Source: Paragordius varius (lineage: Eukaryota; Animalia; Nematomorpha). Taken from it: a stretch of 64,000 nt of DNA. The notes beneath the pieces are model-generated. The model made no database searches. It was not told where the DNA came from and worked only from the letters and a program-made list of their open reading frames with translations. Shown here piece by piece: positions 1-13,000 of this stretch. Location of the stretch: positions 13,144,001 through 13,208,000 of the forward strand of contig OZ176053.1 of the NCBI GenBank assembly GCA_964247055.1, in the 5' to 3' direction. The position numbers and the translations under genes were made by a program. Positions within the stretch are counted from its first letter, which is position 1, and the number at the start of each line of letters is the position of its first letter.

Positions 1-3000
1 ATTATTTTGTTCACCGGGGACCAATATCCGATTTTTAAGGATAAGTTTAACTTGAGTATCGATGCGACTTATTGATACGACTAGTTTTATACATTAATTT
101 ATAAAGTATCGTTGTAAAAATCGGATATGAAAGAGTTTGTCAAACTATCTCTATTATTTGATGTAGTCTTACTAAGAGAATGTATAAAAAATAATTTTGT
201 TCACCGGTGACCAATATCCGATTTTTAAGGACAAAGTTTAACTTGAGTATTGATGCGACTAGTTTAATACATTAATTTTTAAAGTATCGTTGTAAAAATC
301 GGATATGAAACAGTTTGTCAAACTATCTCTATATTTTGATGTAGTCTTACTAAGAGAATGTATAAAAAATTATTTGGTTCACCGGGGACCAATATCCGAT
401 TTTTAAGGACAAAGTTTAACTTGAGTAATCTAGCGACTAGTTTAATACATTAATTTTTAAAGTATCGTTGTAAAAATCGGATATGGAAAGAGTTTGTCAA
501 ACTATCTCTATATTTTGATGTAGTCTTACTAAGAGAATGTATAAAAAATTATTTTGTTCACCGGTGACCAATATCCGATTTTTAAGGACAAAGTTTAACT
601 TGAATATTGATGCGACTAGTTTAATACATTAATTTTTAAAGTATCGTTGTACAATCCGGATAGGAAAGAGTTTGCCAAACTATCTCTATATTTTGATGTA
701 GTCCTACTAAGAGAATGTATAAAAAATAATTTTGTTCACCGGTGACCAATATCCGATTTTTAAGGACAAAGTTTAACTTGAGTATTGATACGATTTATTG
801 ATACGACTAGTTTTATACATTAATTTTTAAAGTATAGTTGTAAAAATTGGATATGAAAGAGTTTGTCAAACTATCTCTATATTTTGATGTAGTCTTACTA
901 AGAGAATGTATAAAAAATAATTTTGTTCACCGGTGACCAATATCCGATTTTTAAGGACAAAGTTTAACTTGAGTATTGATGCGACTAGTTTAACACATTA
1001 ATTTTTAAAGTATCGTTGTAAAAATCGGATATGGAAAGAGTTTGTCAAACTATCTCTATATTTTGATGTAGTCTTACTAAGAGAATGTATAAAAAATTAT
1101 TTTGTTCACCGGTGACCAATATCCGATTTTTAAGGACAAAGTTTAACTTGAGTATTAATGCGACTAGTTTAACACATTAATTTTAAAGTATCGTTGTAAA
1201 AATCGGATATGAAAGAGTTTGTCAAAATATCTCTATATTTTGATGTAGTCTTAGTAAAAGAATGTATAAAAAATAATTTTGTTCACCGGTGACCAATATC
1301 CGATTTTTAAGGACAAAGTTTAACTTGAGTATTCATGCGACTAGTTTAATACATTAATTTTTAAAGTATCGTTGTAAAAATCGGATATGAAAGAGTTTGT
1401 CAAACAATCTCTATATTTTGATGTAGTCTTACTAAGAGAATGTATAAAAAATTATTTTGTTCACCGGGGACCAATATCCGATTTTTAAGGATAAGTTTAT
1501 CTTGAGTATTGATGCGACTTATTGATACGACTAGTTTTATACATTAATTTATAAAGTATCGTTGTAAAAATCGGATATAAAAGAGTTTGTCAAACTATCT
1601 CTATTATTTGATGTAGTCTTACTAAGAGAATGTATAAAAAATAATTTTGTTCACCGGTGACCAATATCCGATTTTTAAGGACAAAGTTTAACTTGAGTAT
1701 TGATGCGACTGGTTTAATACCATAATTTTTAAAGTATCGTTGTACAATCCGGATATGAAAGAGTTTGTCAAACTATCTTTATATTTTGATGTAGTCTTAC
1801 TAAGAGAATGTATAAAATATTATTTTGTTCACCGGTGACCAATATCCGATTTTTAAGGACAAAGTTTAACTTGAGTATTGATGCGACTTATTGATACGAT
1901 TAGTTTTATACATTAATTTATAAAGTATTGTTGTAATAATCGGATATGAAAGAGTTTGTCAAACTATCGCTATTATTTGATGTAGTCTTGCTAAGAGAAT
2001 GTATAAAAAATTATTTTGTTCACCGGTGACCAATATCCGATTTTTAAGGACAAAGTTTAACTTGAGTATTGATGCGACTAGTTTAATACATTAATTTTTA
2101 AAGTATCGTTGTAAAAATCGGATATGGAAAGAGTTTGTCAAACTATCTCTATATTTTGATGTAGTCTTACTAAGAGAATGTATAAAAAATTATTTTGTTC
2201 ACCGGTGACCAATATCCGATTTTTAAGGACAAAGTTTAACTTGAGTATTGATGCGACTTATTGATACGATTAGTTTTATACATTAATTTATAAAGTATTG
2301 TTGTAATAATCGGATATGAAAGAGGTTGTCAAACTATCTCTATATTTTGATGTAATCTTGCTAAGAGAAAGTATAAAAAATAATTTTGTTCACCGGTGAC
2401 CAATATCCGATTTTTAAGGACAAAGTTTAACTTGAGTATTGATGCGACTAGTTTAACACATTAATTTTTAAAGTATCGTTGTAAAAATCGGATATGAAAG
2501 AGTTTGTCAAACTATCTCTATATTTTGATGTAGTCTTACTAAGAGAATGTATAAAAAATAATTTTGTTCACCGGTGACCAATATCCGATTTTTAAGGACA
2601 AAGTTTAACTTGAGTATTGATGCGACTAGTTTAATACATTAATTTTTAAAGTATCGTTGTAAAAATCGGATAAGAAAGAGTTTGTCAAACTATCTCTATA
2701 TTTTGATGTAGTCTTACTAAGAGAATGTATAAAAAATAATTTTGTTCACCGGTGACCAATATCCGATTTTTAAGGACAAAGTTTAACGTGAGTATTGATA
2801 CGATTTATTGATACGACTAGTTTTATACATTAATTTTTAAAGTATCGTTGTAAAAATCGGATATGAAAGAGTTTGTCAAACTATCTCTATATTTTGATGT
2901 AGTCTTACTAAGAGAATGTATAAAAAATAATTTTGTTCACCGGTGACCAATATCCGATTTTTAAGGACAAAGTTTAACTTGAGTATTCATGCGACTAGTT

Positions 3001-3105
3001 TAACACATTAATTTTTAAAGTATCGTTGTAAAAATCGGATATGAAAGAGTTTGTCAAACTATCTCTATATTTTGATGTAGTCTTACTAAGAGAATGTATA
3101 AAAAT

Positions 3106-6100
3106 AATTTTGTTCACCGGTGACCAATATCCGATTTTTAAGGACAAAGTTTAACTTGAGTATTGATGCGACTAGTTTAATACATTAATTTTTAAAGTAT
3201 CGTTGTAAAAATCGGATATGAAAGAGTTTGTCAAACTATCTCTATATTTTGATGTAGTCTTACTAAGAGAATGTATAAAAAATTATTTTGTTCACCGGGG
3301 ACCAATATCCGATTTTTAAGGACAAAGTTTAACTTGAGTAATCATGCGACTAGTTTTATACATTAATTTTTAAAGTATTGTTGTAAAAATCGGATATGAA
3401 AGAGTTTGCCAAACTATCTCTATATTTATATGTAGTCCTACTAAGAGAATGTATAAAAAAAATTTTGCTCACCGGTGACCAATATCCGATTTTTAAGGAC
3501 AAAGTTTAACTTGAGTATTGATGCGACTTATTGATACGATTAGTTTTATACATTAATTTATAAAGTATTGTTGTAATAATCGGATATGAAAGAGTTTGTC
3601 AAACTATCTCTATAATTTGATGTAGTCATACTAAGAGAATGTATAAAAGATTATTTTGTTCACCGGTGACCAATATCCGATTTTTAAGGACAAAGTTTAA
3701 CTTGAGTATTGATGCGACTTATTGATACGACTAGTTTTATACATTAATTTATAAAGTATCGTTGTAAAAATCGGATATGAAAGAGTTTGTCAAACTATCT
3801 CTATTATTTGATGTAGTCTTGCTAAGAGAATGTATAAAAATTATTTTGTTCACCGGTGACCAATATCCGATTTTTAAGCACAAAGTTTAACTTGAGTATT
3901 GATGCGACTAGTTTAATACATTAATTTTTAAAGTATCGCTGTAAAAATCGGATATGAAAGAGTTTGTCAAACTATCTCTATATTTTGATGTAGTCTTACT
4001 AAGAGAATGTATAAAAAATTATTTTGTTCACCGGTGACCAATATCCGATTTTTAAGGACAAAGTTTAACTTGAGTATTAATGCGACTAGTTTAACACATT
4101 AATTTTTAAAGTATCGTTGTAAAAATCGGATATGAAAGAGTTTGTCAAAATATCTCTATATTTTGATGTAGTCTTAGTAAGAGAATGTATAAAAAATAAT
4201 TTTGTTCACCGGTGACCAATATCCGATTTTTAAGGACAAAGTTTAACTTGAGTATTCATGCGACTAGTTTAATACATTAATTTTTAAAGTATCGTTGTAA
4301 AAATCGGATATGAAAGAGTTTGTCAAACAATCTCTATATTTTGATGTAGTCTTACTAAGAGAATGTATAAAAAATTATTTTGTTCACCGGGGACCAATAT
4401 CCGATTTTTAAGGATAAGTTTATCTTGAGTATTGATGCGACTTATTGATACGACTAGTTTTATACATTAATTTATAAAGTATCGTTGTAAAAATCGGATA
4501 TAAAAGAGTTTGTCAAACTATCTCTATTATTTGATGTAGTCTTACTAAGAGAATGTATAAAAAATAATTTTGTTCACCGGTGACCAATATCCGATTTTTA
4601 AGGACAAAGTTTAACTTGAGTATTGATGCGACTGGTTTAATACCATAATTTTTAAAGTATCGTTGTACAATCCGGATATGAAAGAGTTTGTCAAACTATC
4701 TTTATATTTTGATGTAGTCTTACTAAGAGAATGTATAAAATATTATTTTGTTCACCGGTGACCAATATCCGATTTTTAAGGACAAAGTTTAACTTGAGTA
4801 TTGATGCGACTTATTGATACGATTAGTTTTATACATTAATTTATAAAGTATTGTTGTAATAATCGGATATGAAAGAGTTTGTCAAACTATCGCTATTATT
4901 TGATGTAGTCTTGCTAAGAGAATGTATAAAAAATTATTTTGTTCACCGGTGACCAATATCCGATTTTTAAGGACAAAGTTTAACTTGAGTATTGATGCGA
5001 CTAGTTTAATACATTAATTTTTAAAGTATCGTTGTAAAAATCGGATATGAAAGAGTTTGTCAAACTATCTCTATATTTTGATGTAGTCTTACTAAGAGAA
5101 TGTATAAAAAATAATTTTGTTCACCGGTGACCAATATCCGATTTTTAAGGACAAAGTTTAACTTGAGTATTGATGCGACTAGTTTAATACATTAATTTTT
5201 AAAGTATCGTTGTAAAAATCGGATATGAAAGAGTTTGTCAAACTATCTCTATATTTTGATGTAGTCTTACTAAGAGAATGTATAAAAAATTATTTTGTTC
5301 ACCGGGGACCAATATCCGATTTTTAAGGACAAAGTTTAACTTGAGTAATCATGCGACTAGTTTTATACATTAATTTTTAAAGTATTGTTGTAAAAATCGG
5401 ATATGAAAGAGTTTGCCAAACTATCTCTATATTTATATGTAGTCCTACTAAGAGAATGTATAAAAAAAATTTTGCTCACCGGTGACCAATATCCGATTTT
5501 TAAGGACAAAGTTTAACTTGAGTATTGATGCGACTTATTGATACGATTAGTTTTATACATTAATTTATAAAGTATTGTTGTAATAATCGGATATGAAAGA
5601 GTTTGTCAAACTATCTCTATAATTTGATGTAGTCATACTAAGAGAATGTATAAAAGATTATTTTGTTCACCGGTGACCAATATCCGATTTTTAAGGACAA
5701 AGTTTAACTTGAGTATTGATGCGACTTATTGATACGACTAGTTTTATACATTAATTTATAAAGTATCGTTGTAAAAATCGGATATGAAAGAGTTTGTCAA
5801 ACTATCTCTATTATTTGATGTAGTCTTGCTAAGAGAATGTATAAAAATTATTTTGTTCACCGGTGACCAATATCCGATTTTTAAGCACAAAGTTTAACTT
5901 GAGTATTGATGCGACTAGTTTAATACATTAATTTTTAAAGTATCGCTGTAAAAATCGGATATGAAAGAGTTTGTCAAACTATCTCTATATTTTGATGTAG
6001 TCTTACTAAGAGAATGTATAAAAAATTATTTTGTTCACCGGTGACCAATATCCGATTTTTAAGGACAAAGTTTAACTTGAGTATTAATGCGACTAGTTTA

Positions 6101-7054
6101 ACACATTAATTTTTAAAGTATCGTTGTAAAAATCGGATATGAAAGAGTTTGTCAAAATATCTCTATATTTTGATGTAGTCTTAGTAAGAGAATGTATAAA
6201 AAATAATTTTGTTCACCGGTGACCAATATCCGATTTTTAAGGACAAAGTTTAACTTGAGTATTCATGCGACTAGTTTAATACATTAATTTTTAAAGTATC
6301 GTTGTAAAAATCGGATATGAAAGAGTTTGTCAAACAATCTCTATATTTTGATGTAGTCTTACTAAGAGAATGTATAAAAAATTATTTTGTTCACCGGGGA
6401 CCAATATCCGATTTTTAAGGATAAGTTTATCTTGAGTATTGATGCGACTTATTGATACGACTAGTTTTATACATTAATTTATAAAGTATCGTTGTAAAAA
6501 TCGGATATAAAAGAGTTTGTCAAACTATCTCTATTATTTGATGTAGTCTTACTAAGAGAATGTATAAAAAATAATTTTGTTCACCGGTGACCAATATCCG
6601 ATTTTTAAGGACAAAGTTTAACTTGAGTATTGATGCGACTGGTTTAATACCATAATTTTTAAAGTATCGTTGTACAATCCGGATATGAAAGAGTTTGTCA
6701 AACTATCTTTATATTTTGATGTAGTCTTACTAAGAGAATGTATAAAATATTATTTTGTTCACCGGTGACCAATATCCGATTTTTAAGGACAAAGTTTAAC
6801 TTGAGTATTGATGCGACTTATTGATACGATTAGTTTTATACATTAATTTATAAAGTATTGTTGTAATAATCGGATATGAAAGAGTTTGTCAAACTATCGC
6901 TATTATTTGATGTAGTCTTGCTAAGAGAATGTATAAAAAATTATTTTGTTCACCGGTGACCAATATCCGATTTTTAAGGACAAAGTTTAACTTGAGTATT
7001 GATGCGACTAGTTTAATACATTAATTTTTAAAGTATCGTTGTAAAAATCGGATA
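3106..7054 (+). repeat. Tandem higher-order repeat, 11 monomers, period 2007 bp, about 2 copies
   Basis: The private variants AAGCAC (3876/5883) and TATCGCT (GCT at 3938/5945) recur at offset 2007. Eleven CACCGG anchors were counted between 3851 and 5858. Confidence 0.9.
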
Positions 7055-10000
7055 TGGAAAGAGTTTGTCAAACTATCTCTATATTTTGATGTAGTCTTAC
7101 TAAGAGAATGTATCAAAAATTATTTTGTTCACCGGTGACCAATATCCGATTTTTAAGGACAAAGTTTAACTTGAGTATTGATGCGACTTATTGATACGAT
7201 TAGTTTTATACATTAATTTATAAAGTATTGTTGTAATAATCGGATATGAAAGAGGTTGTCAAACTATCTCTATATTTTGATGTAATCTTGCTAAGAGAAT
7301 GTATAAAAAATAATTTTGTTCACCGGTGACCAATATCCGATTTTTAAGGACAAAGTTTAACTTGAATATTGATGCGACTAGTTTAATACATTAATTTTTA
7401 AAGTATAGTTGTAAAAATCGGATATGAAAGAGTTTGTCAAACTATCTCTATATTTTGATGTAGTCTTACTAAGAGAATGTATAAAAAATAATTTTGTTCA
7501 CCGGTGACCAATATCCGATTTTTAAGGACAAAGTTTAACTTGAGTATTGATGCGACTAGTTTAATACATTAATATTTAAAGTATCGTTGTAAAAATCGGA
7601 TATGAAAGAGTTTGTCAAACTATCTCTATATTTTGATGTAGTCTTACTAAGAGAATGTATAAAAAATTATTTTGTTCACCGGGGACCAATATCCGATTTT
7701 TAAGGACAAAGTTTAACTTGAGTAATCATGCGACTAGTTTTATACATTAATTTTTAAAGTATTGTTGTAAAAATCTGATATGAAAGAGTTTGCCAAACTA
7801 TCTCTATATTTATATGTAGTCCTACTAAGAGAATGTATAAAAAAAATTTTGCTCACCGGTGACCAATATCCGATTTTTAAGGACAAAGTTTAACTTGAGT
7901 ATTGATGCGACTTATTGATACGACTAGTTTATACATTAATTTATAAAGTATCGTTGTAAAAATCGGATATGAAAGAGTTTGTCAAACTATCTCTATAATT
8001 TGATGTAGTCATACTAAGAGAATGTATAAAAGATTATTTTGTTCACCGGTGACCAATATCCGATTTTTAAGGACAAAGTTTAACTTGAGTATTGATGCGA
8101 CTTATTGATACGACTAGTTTTATACATTAATTTATAAAGTATCGTTGTAAAAATCGGATATGAAAGAGTTTGTCAAACTATCTCTATTATTTGATGTAGT
8201 CTTGCTAAGAGAATGTATAAAAAATTATTTTGTTCACCGGTGACCAATATCCGATTTTTAAGGACAAAGTTTAACTTGAGTATTGATGCGACTTATTGAT
8301 ACGATTAGTTTTATACATTAATTTATAAAGTATTGTTGTAATAATCGGATATGAAAGAGTTTGTCAAACTATCGCTATTATTTGATGTAGTCTTGCTAAG
8401 AGAATGTATAAAAAATTATTTTGTTCACCGGTGACCAATATCCGATTTTTAAGGACAAAGTTTAACTTGAGTATTGATGCGACTAGTTTAATACATTAAT
8501 TTTTAAAGTATCGTTGTAAAAATCGGATATGGAAAGAGTTTGTCAAACTATCTCTATATTTTGATGTAGTCTTACTAAGAGAATGTATAAAAAATTATTT
8601 TGTTCACCGGTGACCAATATCCGATTTTTAAGGACAAAGTTTAACTTGAGTATTGATGCGACTTATTGATACGATTAGTTTTATACATTAATTTATAAAG
8701 TATAGTTGTAATAATCGGATATGAAAGAGGTTGTCAAACTATCTCTATATTTTGATGTAATCTTGCTAAGAGAATGTATAAAAAATAATTTTGTTCACCG
8801 GTGACCAATATCCGATTTTTAAGGACAAAGTTTAACTTGAATATTGATGCGACTAGTTTAATACATTAATTTTTAAAGTATAGTTGTAAAAATCGGATAT
8901 GAAAGAGTTTGTCAAACTATCTCTATATTTTGATGTAGTCTTACTAAGAGAATGTATAAAAAATAATTTTGTTCACCGTTGACCAATATCCGATTTTTAA
9001 GGACAAAGTTTAACGTGAGTATTGATACGACTTATTGATACGACTAGTTTTATACATTAATTTTTAAAGTATCGTTGTAAAAATCGGATATGAAAGAGTT
9101 TGTCAAACTATCTCTATATTTTGATGTAGTCTTACTAAGAGAATGTATAAAAAATAATTTTGTTCACCGGTGACCAATATCCGATTTTTAAGGACAAAGT
9201 TTAACTTGAGTATTGATGCGACTAGTTTAATACATTAATTTTTAAAGTATCGTTGTAAAAATCGGATATGAAAGAGTTTGTCAAACTATCTCTATATTTT
9301 GATGTAGTCTTACTAAGAGAATGTATAAAAAATTATTTTGTTCACCGGGGACCAATATCCGATTTTTAAGGACAAAGTTTAACTTGAGTAATCATGCGAC
9401 TAGTTTTATACATTAATTTTTAAAGTATTGTTGTAAAAATCGGATATGAAAGAGTTTGCCAAACTATCTCTATATTTATATGTAGTCCTACTAAGAGAAT
9501 GTATAAAAAAAATTTTGCTCACCGGTGACCAATATCCGATTTTTAAGGACAAAGTTTAACTTGAGTATTGATGCGACTTATTGATACGACTAGTTTATAC
9601 ATTAATTTATAAAGTATCGTTGTAAAAATCGGATATGAAAGAGTTTGTCAAACTATCTCTATAATTTGATGTAGTCATACTAAGAGAATGTATAAAAGAT
9701 TATTTTGTTCACCGGTGACCAATATCCGATATTTAAGGACAAAGTTTAACTTGAGTATTGATGCGACTTATTGATACGACTAGTTTTATACATTAATTTA
9801 TAAAGTATCGTTGTAAAAATCGGATATGAAAGAGTTTGTCAAACTATCTCTATTATTTGATGTAGTCTTGCTAAGAGAATGTATAAAAAATTATTTTGTT
9901 CACCGGTGACCAATATCCGATTTTTAAGGACAAAGTTTAACTTGAGTATTGATGCGACTAGTTTAATACATTAATTTTTAAAGTATCGTTGTAAAAATCG

Positions 10001-13000
10001 GATATGAAAGAGTTTGTCAAACTATCTCTATATTTTGATGTAGTCTTACTAAGAGAATGTATAAAAAATTATTTTGTTCACCGGGGACCAATATCCGATT
10101 TTTAAGGATAAGTTTAACTTGAGTATTGATGCGTTATTGATACGACTAGTTTTATACATTAATTTATAAAGTATCGTTGTAAAAATCGGATATGAAAGAG
10201 TTTGTCAAAATATCTCTATTATTTGATGTAGTCTTACTAAGAGAATGTATAAAAAATAATTTTGTTCACCGGTGACCAATATCCGATTTTTAAGGACAAA
10301 GTTTAACTTGACTTTTGATGCGACTGGTTTAATACCATAATTTTTAAAGTATCGTTGTACAATCCGGATATGAAAGAGTTTGTCAAACTATCTTTATATT
10401 TTGATGTAGTCTTACTAAGAAAATGTATAAAAAATTATTTTGTTCACCGGTGACCAATATCCGATTTTTAAGGACAAAGTTTAACTTGAGTATTGATGCG
10501 ACTAGTTTAATACATTAATTTTTAAAGTATCGTTGTAAAAATCGGATATGGAAAGAGTTTGTCAAACTATCTCTATATTTTGATGTAGTCTTACTAAGAA
10601 AATGTATAAAAAATTATTTTGTTCACCGGTGACCAATATTCGATTTTTAAGGACAAAGTTTAACTTGAGTATTGATGCGACTAGTTTAATATATTAATTT
10701 TTAAAGTATCGTTGTAAAAATCGGATATGGAAAGAGTTTGTCAAACTATCTCTATATTTTGATGTAGTCTTACTAAGAAAATGTATAAAAAATTATTTTG
10801 TTCACCGGTGACCAATATCCGATTTTTAAGGACAAAGTTTAACTTGAGTATTGATGCGACTAGTTTAATACATTAATTTTTAACGTATCGTTGTAAAAAT
10901 CGGATATGGAAAGAGTTTGTCAAACTATCTCTATATTTTGATGTAGTCTTACTAAGAGAATGTATAAAAAATTATTTTGTTCACCGGGGACCAATATCCG
11001 ATTTTTAAGGACAAAGTTTAACTTGAGTATTGATGCGACTTATTGATACGATTAGTTTTATACATTAATTTATAAAGTATTGTTGTAATAATCGGATATG
11101 AAAGAGTTCGTCAAACTATCTCTATATTTTAATGTAGTCTTGCTAAGAGAATGTATAAAAAATAACTTTGTTCACCGGTGACCAATATCCGATTTTTAAG
11201 GACAAAGTTTAACTTGAATATTGATGCGACTAGTTTAATACATTAATTTTTAAAGTATAGTTGTAAAAATCGGATATGAAAGAGTTTGTCAAACTATCTC
11301 TATATTTTGATGTAGTCTTACTAAGAGAATGTATAAAAAATAATTTTGTTCACCGGTGACCAATATCCGATTTTTAAGCACAAAGTTTAACTTGAGTATT
11401 GATACGATTAATTGATACGACTAGTTTTATACATTAATTTTTAAAGTATCGTTGTAAAAATCCGATATGAAAGAGTTTGTCAAACTATCTCTATATTTTG
11501 ATGTAGTCTTACTAAGAGAATGTATAAAAAATAATTTTGTTCACCGGGGACCAGTATCCGATTTTTAAGGACAAAGTTTAACTTGAGTATTGATGCGACT
11601 TATTGATACGACTAGTTTTATACATAAATTTATAAAGTATCGTTGTAAAAATCGGATATGAAAGAGTTTGTCAAACTATCTCTATTATTTGATGTAGTCC
11701 TACTAAGAGAATGTATAAAAAATAATTTTGTTCACCGGTGACCAATATCCGATTTTTAAGGACAAAGTTTAACTTGAGTATTGATGCGACTTATTGATAC
11801 GACTAGTTTTATACATAAATTTATAAAGTATCGTTGTAAAAATCGGATATGAAAGAGTTTGTCAAACTATCTCTATTATTTGATGTAGTCCTACTAAGAG
11901 AATGTATAAAAAATAATTTTGTTCACCGGTGACCAATATCCGATTTTTAAGGACAAAGTTTAACTTGAGTATTGATGCGACTAGTTTAACACATTAATTT
12001 TTAAAGTATCGTTGTAAAAATCGGATATGAAAGAGTTTGTCAAACTATCTCTATATTTTGATGTAGTCTTACTAAGAGAATGTATAAAAAATAATTTTGT
12101 TCACCGGTGACCAATATCCGATTTTTAAGGACAAAGTTTAACTTGAGTATTGATGCGACTAGTTTAATACATTAATTTTTAAAGTATCGTTGTAAAAATC
12201 GGATATGAAAGAGTTTGTCAAACTATCTCTATATTTTGATGTAGTCTTACTAAGAGAATGTATAAAAAATTATTTTGTTCACCGGGGACCAATATCCGAT
12301 TTTTAAGGACAAAGTTTAACTTGAGTAATCATGCGACTAGTTTTATACATTAATTTTTAAAGTATTGTTGTAAAAATCGGATATGAAAGAGTTTGCCAAA
12401 CTATCTCTATATTTATATGTAGTCCTACTAAGAGAATGTATAAAAAATAATTTTGTTCACCGGTGACCAATATCCGATTTTTAAGGACAAAGTTTAACTT
12501 GAGTATTGATGCGACTTATTGATACGACTAGTTTTATACATTAATTTATAAAGTATCGTTGTAAAAATCGGATATGAAAGAGTTTGTCAAACTATCTCTA
12601 TTATTTGATGTAGTCCTACTAAGAGAATGTATAAAAAATAATTCTGTTCACCAGTGACCAATATCCGATTTTTAAGGACAAAGTTTAACTTGAGTATTGA
12701 TGCGACTTATTGATACGACTAGTTTAACACATTAATTTTTAAAGTATCGTTTTAAAAATCGGATATGAAAGAGTTTGTCAAAATATCTCTATATTTTGAT
12801 GTAGTCTTGCTAAGAGAATGTATAAAAAATAATTTTGTTCACCGGTGACCAATATCCGATTTTTAAGGACAAAGTTTAACTTGAGTATTGATGCGACTTA
12901 TTGATACGACTAGTTTTATACATTAATTTATAAAGTATCGTTGTAAAAATCGGATATGAAAGAGTTTGTCAAACTATCTCTATATTTTGATGTAGTCTTG

